From assembly GCA_965240325.2 (NCBI GenBank), contig OZ251255.1, positions 372,001 through 436,000 of the forward strand: a DNA stretch of 64,000 nucleotides, in the 5' to 3' direction. This document shows, piece by piece, positions 34,622 to 46,331 of the stretch. The notes below the pieces were generated by a model that worked only from the letters and a program-made list of their open reading frames with translations, was not told the origin of the DNA and made no database searches. Position numbers and translations under genes: made by a program. Each line of letters starts with the position of its first letter. The first letter of the stretch is position 1. The DNA comes from Rebecca billardiae RCC1528. Taxonomy: Eukaryota; Protista; Haptophyta.

Positions 34622-34761
34622 GATTGTGGGCGCGGATGGAAAGTTGAAAACCCGAAAAAGCCGCCGTCGAGAAATAAAAACGTGCCTGCCCAGACTCCCA
34701 GAGCAGAGAGCCGCGCTGAGCCTGCGCCGCCATCAGCGCGCCGTGCACGCGGCCGCCTGGG
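34622..34761. promoter_or_regulatory. Probable bidirectional promoter
   Basis: Only 140 bp between divergent ATGs (34621 minus, 34762 plus), with an A-rich core. Confidence 0.55.
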
Positions 34762-35286
34762 ATGGCGCTGCGCGCGGCGGGGCAGCGCTCGCCCTTGGGC
34801 GAGGGCGTCGACGCGGAGAAGGGCTTCCCCCTGGACGCCCTGGACGCGCAGGCGCACAGCTGCTCGCGGTGAGAGCCGCCGCCGCCGCCGCGGCCGCCGA
34901 TGCGCTGCGTCCGACGCGGCTGCGCGGCCGCGCCGCGCGCGCGCGCGCGCGCACGCACGGCCACGCCTGGCGCGGCACGTCGCACGCGCGAGCGTGCGCG
35001 TGGGCACGCACCCTGGCTCCACGCGTGCGCTCGGTGGCCTTTGCTCACGCGCGCCGAGCGCCCCGCGCGCGCCGCGCGCCGCGCGTGTGCGCCGCGCTGC
35101 GCCGCGCCGCGCGCGCGTCGCACCAGCGCGAGTAGCTCCCGATCGATGGCGGCCGACCGCGCGGCGAGCTGCTCGCCGAGGTCCCACCACTCTGCCGGCG
35201 CGGGCGCGTCCGGCTCGGGCGCGGAAGCCGACGACGACGACGCGGACGCGGACGCTACGGAGGCCACGGCTTTGCTGGCGGAGTCG

Positions 35287-35318
<32 letters not shown>

Positions 35319-38250
35319 GGGCGGGTCTGGCGCCGGGGGGCACCAGCAGCACCGGCATCACGGCAGCGGCGTCGGTGGCGTCGGCGGGCACCACGGCGCG
35401 GGCTCGCGCGGCGGCAGCGTGCGCGCGCGCGCGCTCGCGTGGTGCCACTGGGTGAGTACAGACCGGCGCCCTTTGGCAGTTGGCTCGTGCGTGGCCTGGG
35501 CGGCCGCGTCGAACGGGCTGATCCTGGTGAACAAGGTGCGCGCGCGCGGTGCACGCCCGGGCCGCTGCCCCCGCCCCCCCGCGCGCGCCCGCGCCCGCCC
35601 GGCCCTCTCTCCGCCGCGCCCCGGCCGCGCGCCGCGCTCCGGACCGCGCGCCGCGGGGGCCAAAAGTCCGGGCGCCGGCTCCCGGAGAGTCCGGGAGAGT
35701 CCGGGGCTGGGCGGCGGCCCACGGCGGGCGGACGGGTGCCGGCGCGTGCGGCGCCTGCGGGGCGTGTGCTGGGGTGCGCCCGAGGGCGCAGCCCGACCAC
35801 GCCACGCGGAGGCTGGCTGGGCGGCTGGCCGCCGCGCGTGCGCCCTGCCGGGGTCACCGCCGCCCCGGTGCCATCAGCATTCGGGCTGCCCAAAAAAAGG
35901 ACAACCCGCCTCCCCACCGCGCCCTCCCGCCCGTGTGTACCGCCCGCATCCCCTCCCGCGTGCGTGCCGGTGCCCCTGCGCGTGTGTGTGTGCATACACC
36001 CCTCCTCTTTGCGTCTTCCCATTCGAATAAACCCGCGCCCCGCGCGTGCGCACAGGTGATCATGACCTCCGACCGCTTTGTGTACCCCATGGCGCTCAGC
36101 TCGCTCGGCATGGCGGCCTCGAGCGTGTGCTCGTACGGGGCCGTGCGGCTGCTGCGCATTCAGACGCACAGGCTGGGTGCGCGGCCGCGCGGCGCGGTGC
36201 GGCGTGCCGCCGCCGCGTGCGCGCGCCGCCATCGCCTGCGCGGATGTGGGAGCGCGCGCACGCCGCACGCGCGCGCGCACACCCGACACTGCGCACGCCT
36301 GGCGTCCGCGCTCGGTATTGCGCGCCGCGCCGTCGCCGCCGCGCGCGCGCGCGCTCGGCGCAGACGCGCGCATGTTCGTGCTCCGCATCCTCCCCGTCGG
36401 CTTCTTCATGGCCGTGATGTTTTACTTCGGCAACCTCTGCTACTTGTACATCTCACTCAGGTGCGCGCTTCTACTAAGCATGAAAGCAGCGACCGTTATT
36501 GTTGCTGAATATGAATTGCGCGCGTGGCGTGCTGCCGCTTGCTGGCTAGCGTGTCGCGCCACGGCGGCGGGTGGAGGGGGCGCGGCGGCTGGGGGCAAGG
36601 CCGATGGCAGCGCGGGCTGCGCCAGCACCCAGCCACCACCAGGCGGCCGTCTGAGACGCACGCCGGCCGCGCGGCGCGACGCCGGGAGTCGCTCCGCGCG
36701 CCGAGTGCCGCGAGCGGTCGGACGGCGCCAGGGCCCGAGCCAACACACACAGCGCGCGCGCGCGCCGCCGCACGCGCCGCGCACGCGGACGGGGGAGGCG
36801 CGCGCGTGGCGGCGCCGCCGCGCGCCGATGTAACGCGCGCGCGTGCGTGCGTGCGTGCGCTCCCGGCCGCGCGCGCCCGCTCGGCCGGCGGCGCCTGCGC
36901 GTGTCTGCGCGCCCCGCGCTGCGCTGGGCGCGGTGCGGTGCTCCGGCGGCGCCGTGCGGCGGGGTGTGCTGTGCTGCGCTGCGCTGTGGTCGTGCCGGCG
37001 GCTGCCGCGCGCCGAGCAGCTACATCCAGATGCTCAAGACCGCCACGCCGATCATCACGATGGCCGCCCTCACCTTTGCGCGCCTGGAGACGCCGTCTCT
37101 GAGACTGGTGTGCTCGGTGCTCCTCATCGCCGCGGGCACAGCCGTCACCTCCGTGGGCGAGCTGCACTTCAAGTACGCGCGGCCACGCGCGGCGCACGCG
37201 CCGCGTCGCGCCACGCCGCCCGCCCGCACCCGACCAGGCCGCTGGGCGCTGGCCCGGCCGCGCGCGCGCCCGGCACAGCGCACTCCCTCGTCAGCCCGCA
37301 CGCATCCGACCCCCCGCCTTTCTGTGCCCTGCTGCGCACCCTGTGTGTCCTCGGCCGACGCCCCTCAGCTGGTGGGGCTTTCTGTACATGCTGCTGTCGC
37401 AGGTGGCGGACGCAGTGCGGCTGGTGATGACGCAGGTGCACGCTGCCGTCTGCGCGCTGCCGCCGCGCGCCGCCAGCGTCGCGCGCTCTCGAGGGCGCCG
37501 CCGCATAGCCGTGCCCCCAACCGTCCCCCCCACCCACCCCTCGCGCAGGTGCTGCTGAGCACGCTCTCCTTCCACCCGCTCGAGGGGCTGCTGCACCTGG
37601 GCCCGGCGTGCACACTCTGCCTGTGGGCGGGTGTCCTGGCGGTCGAGCTCGAGCCGATGCGCGCGGGCGGCGCGCTCGCGCAGATGGCCGCGCGGCCGCT
37701 GCTCTACACCGCCTCTGCGCTCATGGGGTTCCTGGTGAACGCGACGGCGTTCATGGTGATCAAGACCACCTCGGCGCTCACGCTCAAGATTCTTGGCGCC
37801 GTCTCGAACGCCGCGCTCGTCGTCGGCAGCTGCGCGCTCTTTGGCGACGAGCTGACGAGACTGGAGGTGCTCGGCTATTCAGTCTCCTTAGGGGGCTTCC
37901 TGTGGTACAATGTGATTAAGTTGGGCGCGTGCGGCGCCTCTGCTGAGCCGCAGCCCCACACCGGCGTCGAGCCGGTCGCCGCCTCGGCCGCGCGCAGCGT
38001 GCGCTGGCGGCTCGCGCGCGCGTGCGCCGCGTGCTGCGGCGGCGGCGGCGGCTCGGCGGACGCGCCGCCGTGCTGCTGCTGCTGCTGGGGTTGCGCCGGC
38101 GACTTGGACGGCGCGGCGGCGCTCAAGCGACACGCGTCGACGGCGGACCTGGTCGAGACGCGCTCGCTGCTGCGCCGCCCGGCGGACAAGGGGGGCGGCG
38201 GCGCGCGCGGCGGCTGGGCGGGCGCGCTGCTCGGCGCCGCGCTCGGGCTC

Positions 38251-38282
<32 letters not shown>

Positions 38283-39009
38283 GAGCGGGCGGCGGCTGGG
38301 CGGCGGCGGCACAACTCTCTCGTCGGAAGGCGACTCGGACACGGACGACGGCGACGGCGGTGTCGGCGGCGGCGGCAGTGGCGGCGGCGGCGGTGGTGGC
38401 GGTGGTGCCACGGCCGGCGCCGTGGACGCCGCCGCAGCCGAGGAGGAGGAGCGCTGCCGCCGCCGTGACGCGGACGCGGCTCTGAGCGCGAGCGCGCGGC
38501 CGCGCGCCGCGTCGGCGGCGGATCGGCACAGCGCCGCCGCGGCCGCGGCCGCCGCCGCCGGTGGCAGCGGGGCAGGCAGCTTCCGGGCCGCCGGCGGCGG
38601 GGGCGGCGCCGCGGGCCGCGCCGCCGCCGAGCTCGAGGCGGAGCTGGCTCTCTTCCGGCCGCCTGGCGTGAGCGTCGGCGGCGGCGGCGGAGCGGTCGTC
38701 GCAGCCGAGGGCGGCGGCGGCGGCGGCGGCGGGAGTGGCGGTGGCAGCGGCGGCGGCGGTGGCTGCGGCGGCGGTAGCGTGGCGCCCTCGCCAGGCGGTT
38801 CGCAGCACGGCGCGGCGGGCGTGGCGGGCGTCGTGCGCGTGCGCTCGCCGCGCGCCACCAACGCGCCACCCTCGCCATTCGACGACAGCTGCACGCTCGG
38901 CGCCGGCGCCGTGGCCGAAGGCGCGTCGGCGCAGCGCGCCGCCGCCACGCCCTTCTGGTGGCGCTCCTTCGGCGGCGGCGGTGGCGGCAGCCCGGGGGGG
39001 GCGGGCTGA
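34762..39009 (+). CDS. Triose-phosphate/nucleotide-sugar transporter family protein (multi-exon) with long Gly/Ala tail
   Basis: LILVNK|VIMTSDRFVYPMALS, ILPVGFFMAVMFYFGNLCYLYIS, YIQMLKTATP, DAVRLVMTQ|VLL, FMVIKTTSALTLKILG; first exon 34762-34868 is phase-compatible with the acceptor at 35126. Confidence 0.9.
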
Positions 39010-39734
39010 TGCGATCCGAGTGATTCCGACCGCGGCGCCGCCGTGCCACGATGGCCGCACGCGCGAACTAAATAACGGGCACCGCGCCACATCTGACCGA
39101 TATCTTACATAAATAAATGGCGGGCCGTAGGTCCGCCCCTTGTAGTGCCCGGGAAAAAGATAAGAAAAAGAAAAGGAAAAAGAAAATCGCCTCGCCAAGA
39201 AAAGAAAATCGCTTCGCTCACTACCGGGCGCCCTCGCAGCTCCCACTGGGGACGCTCGGCCGAAAACATCTCCCCGATGGCGCGGAGCGCATGGGCGGCG
39301 CGCGCCAAATCCAACGCCGGCGCGGACATCGTGAGAGGACTCCCGAGGGGGGTTTTCGCCCGATTCGCGATTGCTGCCCTCGTCGTCTCGCGTGCAGGTC
39401 GAACGGGGCCCAAATCGACGCGTTTGGAGCGGTACGCTCGGCGCGTCGACACGATCGTGAGACCTGGGGCGATCCTCGCCCGACGTGCACGTCGAAAGCT
39501 CGCACCGGCCATAGCATCATGCGCTGCGCACGATGACCGCCTCGCGCGATCCACCGTCGCGCGTCGGGCTCGGTGCGAGAAAGCCCTCATCACGAGGCGT
39601 CTCGCGGGCGGGAAGCGCCATCGCACGCGACGCAAGATTTGGCGCGGCCTTCTGAACTCGATCGCCGGAATCCGCGCACCGGACTCAGTCATTGCTCGCG
39701 GTCCGGTCCCTCAGCCGAAGCCCACGTCCGGCCT

Positions 39735-40493
39735 GCATGGCGTCGACGGTGACCAATGCGACGGAAGCGCAGCGCCAACGGCGTACGACGCGCAGCGGAC
39801 GCACCTCCCGGGTCTGTCGCCGTGGCAGCAACCGCGTCATCGCGAGTTGGCGACCCTCGCCGCAGCGCGACACAGACAAGCCCGTGATGCCATCCGCAGA
39901 GAGATGAAACGTCGAGCATGCAACATCGCCGCGCCATGGCCTCGTCCATGGCGCAGGCGCTGCGGGACGAGGCGGAAGTCGTCACGCCGGTGACGGATGC
40001 GCTGCGATTCGTGTGCTCGCGTGAGCAGCGCTTGCCCACTCTCGATCGCGAGTGGCACACGCTGTCGCTGTGCGCGCGCGCGCGCACAACCAACAGCTCC
40101 TCGTGCCGCCGAGCACGCGAGCGCCAGACCTGTCGAAGATGCGAAGAGCGACGACCGCGTGAACGTCAACGCGCTCGTGCTCAGCGTGGCGGCCGTGTAC
40201 GACGTCAACGCGACCTGCGCCGAGCCCATCATGCCCGGAGCGGACATCGGCAAGCATCCTCTCCACGACCGCTCTCGGCTGGCGGCAGGAGGACATGCAC
40301 ACGATCTACTCTGGCGGCTTCGTCGGCGGCGAATGAGGCGCTCGATTACGCCATCGCGGTCGAGATGCGGCACATACATCGCGTACCCGCGCTCGCGCGG
40401 AGTAACGGGCTACCCGCCCCGCCCCGCGTGCTGCACATTCCCTCGTGGGAGTGTGGGCCTCGCGCTGATGTGCATGAGAGTACAGACTACTGA
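39735..40493 (+). pseudogene. Frameshifted coding-like remnant, probably TE-derived
   Basis: Protein-like blocks in alternating frames (ALRDEAEVVTPVTDALRF, RVNVNALVLSVAAVYDV, ANEALDYAIAVEMRH); no family recognised. Confidence 0.3.
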
Positions 40494-40840
40494 GACTTGT
40501 ACAGGTCAAGGAGCCAACTTCACGTGTCACTGGTCCTCAGTGCACTCGACTGTCCGTCACCCACGGCCACGAGCGAATGTGGAAAGACGCGACCCCGCAG
40601 AGGATACATTGCGACAGCACTGGCACGGCCCGCCGACCCCCCGCCCGCCAGGGCACAGTTTTTTGTCAAGCCCCTTGGTCGGACGGTCGCCTGCGGCACC
40701 TGACGCCCAAACCCGAGCGGGTCCCAAGGTTTTCGAGGTCGCTGAACGCATTTGCCGCTGGGGCCGAGGTCTGAAAACCAAGCGATTGATGATGCGGCGT
40801 TTTTCGCGACGATTTTGTGGCCGGAAGGACGCTACAGTAG

Positions 40841-43800
40841 CACAGCAACGACTTCTTTTTTAAAGCGGCCGTTAGCGTGTCCAGCGGCCAGATTAATTTT
40901 CGAAAAATTACTATGCGCTGCGCGCGCGCCCCTAGGGGGCGGCGCGCGCGCGCGGCTGGTCCCCCCTGCATGCCCGCACCGTCAGCTGCCTGATTGCCGC
41001 TACCCAGCCCCGCTACCGTCGCGCGCGACATCCGCGCCGTAAATCACCGTCACCGAGCGGTCCGGCGAGCGCGCCGCCATCAATTTGCTCCTGAGTGCCG
41101 AAAACTCCTTCTCCGGAAGCCCAGCCTCCTCGCGCAGGAGCTTGCGCGCCGTCATGCACTCCGCGATCAGGTCGATCGCGTCGGTCTCCGCCCTGCGCTG
41201 CCATTCGCGCTGCCGCTTGGCGTACTTCTTCAGCCAGAGCCGCCGCACCTTGTCGCCGAACTCCTCTGCCCACGTCGCAAGCGACACGCGGCGCACGAGC
41301 TGCGCGACCGTCGAGATGTGCGGCTCCGCCGTCGACTTCTTCCCCTCGGCGTACTCGCGGACGAATGAGTCGAGTGACTTGCGCGCGTGCACGAGCGGCA
41401 TCGCACGCTTGGTCACCTGCACGAAATGCCCCTGCACCTGCTCGTCCGCGAGCTGCACGAGGCGCCCCCGCCGCCTGAGGCGAGACGCCGTCTGCGCCCG
41501 CCTCCGTGACCGCCCAGACGTTGAAGCGGAGCGGTGGGACGTTGTGCGAGCCCTGGCCGGCGAGGCTGGCGAGGCTGACGTAAGCGCCGGTGCACGCCAC
41601 GATGGCCTTCTGCTCCTCCGCGTAGTCGGCCGCCTCGGCGCCGCCGCCAAAACCGCCGCCGGCCGCGCTGCCGCCTGCCGAGGCAGTGCTGCCACCGAGG
41701 CCGCGCTGCTGCGCGCCGCCGCCGGCCGCGCCGCCGCCGGCCGCGCCGCCACCAGCCGCACCACCACCCGCACTGTCAGCCGCGCGGCTGGCCGCGCCAC
41801 ATGCCGCGCCACCGGCCACGCGGACGCCAGCACCGGCTGTGCCGCTAGCCACGCCGCTGCCACTGCCGGCCGCGCCGCCCACGCCGCCGCCCGCGCCCGC
41901 GCCCGCGCCCACGTTGCCAGCCGCGCCCCCGGCCGCGCCCCCGGCCGCGCCGCCGGCCGCGCCACCGGCCGCGCGGACGCCAGCGCCAGCGGTGCCGCCA
42001 GCCACGCAGCTGCCGCTGCTGCTGCCACCAGTGCTGCTGCTGCCGCCCGCACCGGCCGCGCCGCCGCCGGCCGCGCCACCGCCGGCCGCGCCGCCGCCGG
42101 CCGCGCCGCCGCCGGCCGCGCCGCCGCCGGCCGCGCGATCGCGAGCGCTGTCAGCCGCGCCGCTGTCCGCGCCGCCGGCCGCACCTCCGGCCGCGCCTCC
42201 AGCCGCGCGGACGCCAACGCCAGCTGTGCCGCCAGCCACGCCACTGCAGCTGCCGCCCGCGCCGCCCGCGCCGCCGCCAGCACCCGCGCCCGCGTTGCCA
42301 GCCGCGCCGCCGGCCGCGTCCGGCCGCGTCGCCGGGCGCACCGCCGCCTGGCGCGCAGTTGTCGGGCGTGCCGCCGTCGGGCGCGCCGCCACCGGGCCCG
42401 CCATCGCCCGCGCTGTCAGCCGCGCCGCCGGCCGCGCCGCAGGCCGCGCCACCGGCCGCGCGGACGCCAACGCCGGCTGTGTCGCCAGTCACGCCGCTGT
42501 CGCTGCAGCTGCCGCCGCTGCTGCCGGCCGCGCCGGCCGCGCGCGGCCGCGCCGCCGGCCGCGCCGCCGCCGGCAGTGCCGCCGCCGGCCGCGCCACCGC
42601 CCGCGCTGTCAGCCGCGCCGCTGGCCGCGCCGCCGGCCGCGCCACCGGCCGCACGGACGCCAGCGCCGACTGTGCCGCCAGCCACGCCGCTGCCGCTGCC
42701 GCTCGCGCCGGCCGCGCCGCCGCCCGTGCCCGCGGACGCGCCCGCGTTGCCAGCCGCGCCGCCCGCCGCGCCGCCGGCCGCGCCGCCGACCGCGCAACCG
42801 GCCGCGCGGACTCCAGCGCCGGCGGCACCGCCAGCTACGCCGCTACCGCTGCCGCTGCCGCCGCTGCCGCCGGCCGCGCCGCCGGCCGCGTCGCCGGCCG
42901 CGCCGCCTGCAGCGCCGCCAGCCGCGCCGCCCTGCCGCGCTGGCCACGTGCAGCGGCGGCAGCTGGCGGCGCCGGTCGCGGTGGGAGCCGGCCGCTCCGG
43001 ATCACGTCATTGATCCCGTCGGCGTCCGCACTCCATAGCTCGGGCATGTCCGAGTCCGGCCGCTCCGAGATGGCGATCGCCTCCGACGACGCGAGCGCAA
43101 CACCCTCATAGTTGCGCACGATGGCGATCGTGGCCGCGCGCGAGTGCGCTGCGTTTGGCCCGTGTCCGCCGAGAGGAGGAGGACATGCGGCTGCCCGCGC
43201 GGGCGCGCGGACTTGCCGTAGTGCTCCAAGCGATCCAGCACGGCGCCCACGGCCTGCGCCCACGGCCGCGCCGCCGACTCGCTGCCGATCATCATCACGC
43301 CCGCGCCCGCGTGCTCGCGATTGCGCAGCGCGCTCTCACGTGAGCCAGCCACCGGCGGCGGGATCGGGTGGCGCATGCCCAGGTTGAGCCACGTCGAGAA
43401 CTCTCGGGCTGGCGCGAGCCCACGATGCTCAGTGTGCGGTCCTTCTCGCGCGCCTAGTGCACGACGCCCTCGTCGTCGAGCGAGGTGAAGGCATGCAAGA
43501 CGAGCGCGTCTCACGAGAAGAGCCGCAGCTTGGCTACACGCAGCAGGTTGTTCTTCTTCCGCTGGGCCTTGATGGCGACGAGGCTGTTGACGCTGCGCTT
43601 GACCTCCGCCAGGTAGTTCTCGTTCGGCATGATCGAGTGGTCCACCTCGCTCGCGGCCTCGCGCGCGCGCAGCTTGAGCATCTCGTGCGGCTGAGCGCCG
43701 CGGCCATGCGCAGCCATGCAGATGCGGCAGAGACGTGGCGCCCGATGCGTTAGGCACCTTTGCGATGCAGCTTGGGCTTCCTAGGCTTCGCGCAGGAACG

Positions 43801-44390
43801 CTTGCCCTTGCCCACGGTGAGCACAGCCGTCGCCATTGCTGCGCGCGGCGAGCGCGGTCCCGCGCGGCCGTGCCGGGCGCAGCCGCAGCAAGTTAGTCTG
43901 ATGCAAATTCCCGGTCACCCATGCAAAAGTAAGCGTTCCCGCTGCGCATGTGCGTGCATCACGAGTAACCCGCCGCCTGAATAACAACTCCGCGCCCCTC
44001 CATACACTTCCTGCATCCCCGCGCGCAGCGGCGTGCGGGCGGGCGCGAATTCGCACCGTGTTACGAACAGACCTAGCAAAGTAGATCGGTGTGGCGCGTC
44101 GGGACGCGGAGCGGGTGCGGGGCAGGCGGGGGATAGGTTGGGGAACACCCGCGATTAGAGCACCGGTGGCGCAGCGGCGACGTGGACGCCGCCACACGCG
44201 CACGCACGGCGCGCGCTCGCACCGCGAGTCGAACGTCCGCTCGCCAAGCCCTGCGACGGCGTCCGTGCGACGCCGAGCGACGAACGCTCTCGGGATTTGG
44301 CCCGGACCACCAGATTCAGCCGTTAACGGCCGAAAATTCATTTGTTGGAGTTTCCTTAACGGCCGCTTTAAAAAAGAAATCGTTGCTGTG
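40841..44390. mobile_element. Complete 3.55-kb non-autonomous CACAG-ended DNA transposon (CMC/EnSpm-like)
   Basis: ~33-bp TIR CACAGCAACGA(C/T)TTCTTTTTTAAAGCGGCCGTTA; 2-bp TSD AG; right end duplicated at 1-254. Confidence 0.88.
41000..43717 (-). pseudogene. Disrupted cargo gene with ~1.2-kb Gly/Ala repeat expansion; no transposase motifs seen
   Basis: Protein-like blocks in different frames (NENYLAEVKRSVNSL; FSTWLNLGMRHP; IVRNYEGVAL; FVREYAEGK..RLWLKKYAKR) around the repeat tract 41700-42930. Confidence 0.6.
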
Positions 44391-44796
44391 AGCGTATATC
44401 TTCGGCCAACAAAGAGATATGGCGCCCGACCGGCCATGACCGATGATATGATATTGCATGGCCGCTAGGCGGCCATGGCCGATGGTTAGCGGTCGACGAC
44501 ACGGCCATCTCTGGCCGATGGGTATTGGCCGATGGCCGTCCGGCGGCCGGACCGCCGGAGGCCGCGCCAGATCTGGCGAGTCCAGCCGGCGCCGGCCAGG
44601 GCGCCGGCGCGTGGCCGCGTGCGGCACGCCACGCGGGCTGCAGCACTGTCCGACTCTGCACGGTCGTAGTCCGAGAGCGGAGAGGGCGGCCCCGCGGGGC
44701 TCGGCCGACCCAACTGCCAACTGGTGGACTTGATGAGTCCCAGCGGCGGTCTCGACCGGACCCGTTGCACGGGTGAGTAACCGTGAGCGTATGAAA

Positions 44797-44884
44797 AAAC
44801 GACATACTGTACTCATTCTATGATTTAACGACACAGGTAGGACGGTGCCTGAGCTGTGTGCGTCTCTTATTCTTAGTAAACTGT
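44797..44884 (+). mobile_element. 88-bp 5'-truncated retroposon-like snippet
   Basis: Perfect 11-bp TSD AGCGTATGAAA (44786-44796, 44885-44895); same 3' end as 354-393. Confidence 0.75.
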
Positions 44885-46158
44885 AGCGTATGAAATTTCG
44901 GTTTTTCCGCTAGCGCTGCCGCATGGCTGACGCCCGCGCCGATCCGAGCGTAATGGTGCATTGCGAAGCCGATTCGCAATGCACCAATCCAATCGGCATG
45001 TCAATCGGCCCAACCGTCGCTGAGAACGAACGGAAAACCCCAGGGCAGGTGCCCACCAAGAAGCCACGCCGCGCGCGCGCCGGCAGCGTCAAGCGTGAGC
45101 GCGCGGTTGCGCAGGGTTGCCCGAAGGCAGCAGGCATCAGCCAATGCTGCTGCCTTCGGCAAGCGCGCCGCCTCAGCGTTAGGATCGGGCGGCACCGTGC
45201 CAGCATTCGTGGATGTGGCTCCAACCAAGCGCCCTCGACGCGAGGAGCTGCCCGCGCCATCGGCCGCGAGCGCGCGAACCGATGCTCGTGCTCAGTGCTG
45301 TCCTCATGAGCGTGGACGAGGATTCAGGAGATGAGGCGCAGGCGGCACGGCCCGCGAGGCGCAGGCAGGACCTGGAGTGGTTCGCGGCTCGCCGACCGCG
45401 CTGGCTTCCGCGCGGCGGACCGGGGGCACCTGCCACCTGGCGAGCGCGGCGCAGCGTATAACGTGGAAGATGGTAGATGCGCTGCCACGCTCCCGCTGCC
45501 GCCGCCGCGGGCGGCAGCGGCATGCCCGCCGGGGCGATGACTGTGACTAACACTGGCACCAAAGTGTCGTTTTTTCGGCGCTCACGCGTGCAACTGGTCA
45601 CCGAGCTTGGCAGGCGGTGTGTGTGTGATGTCGTGTGTAGTGTGCTATATACTATAAATCTGATATCAGTTACAGACGACGACTATGTCGTCTACTATTA
45701 TTGTTGTATTCTGCGCGCCGGCCCGGAGACGGGAGAGTGAAGGACGCGAGGTGCAGGCGGCGAGCCGCCCGGCGCCGACCGTGACCGTCCGACGAGGGCG
45801 CCAGTCAGCGGCCACACCCGCGCCCGCGACCGCGCCCACGCCCGTGCTCGCGACCCCTACTTCTGCCACGGCTCGCGCTTGCACTGCCGCAGCAGCGCTG
45901 CTGCATCGTCTGCCGACGCGGCGCCTGCGGCAGCCTCTCAGCGGCGAGCGGACGAGCGGTGGCTGCCGCAGCACAGTCAGTCGGCTGCAAGTGCAAGCGA
46001 CAGCTGATCTAAGTCTGCGACGAGATCATGCCCAGACAGAATCAAGCCGACCTCGTTAGGGTAGTATCATATATACGTTCTGCCTTCGGAGTGTTGAATA
46101 ATATATATTGCGCCGAAAAATAAAATAAATCATGAATATACATCACAAATATATATAT

Positions 46159-46331
46159 TTATAACGACGTGGTATGCAACGGGCAAGCGTCAGGCTCAGA
46201 GTGCAGCAGACACATAGAATGCGTCCGCGCCTTCCAACCAGGTCATCAGGCAGTGCGCCACGACCCGCAGCCCTGCCCCACCTATGGGAGCGGGGCAGGG
46301 ATGGAACACCGCCTCTGCCTGGGGCACTCGG
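46159..46331 (-). mobile_element. 5'-truncated LINE-like fragment (RT thumb C-terminus plus 3' UTR)
   Basis: VPQAEAVFHPCPAPIGGAGLRVVAHCLMTWLEGADAFYVSAAL*; homologous to 23287-23465; flanked by AATATATATAT direct repeats (low-complexity TSD). Confidence 0.65.

Noticed and set aside
39119-39146. Helitron 3'-end-like hairpin GGCGGGCC-GTA-GGTCCGCC
   Set aside because: No CTRR at the expected place and no matching other end; isolated motif.
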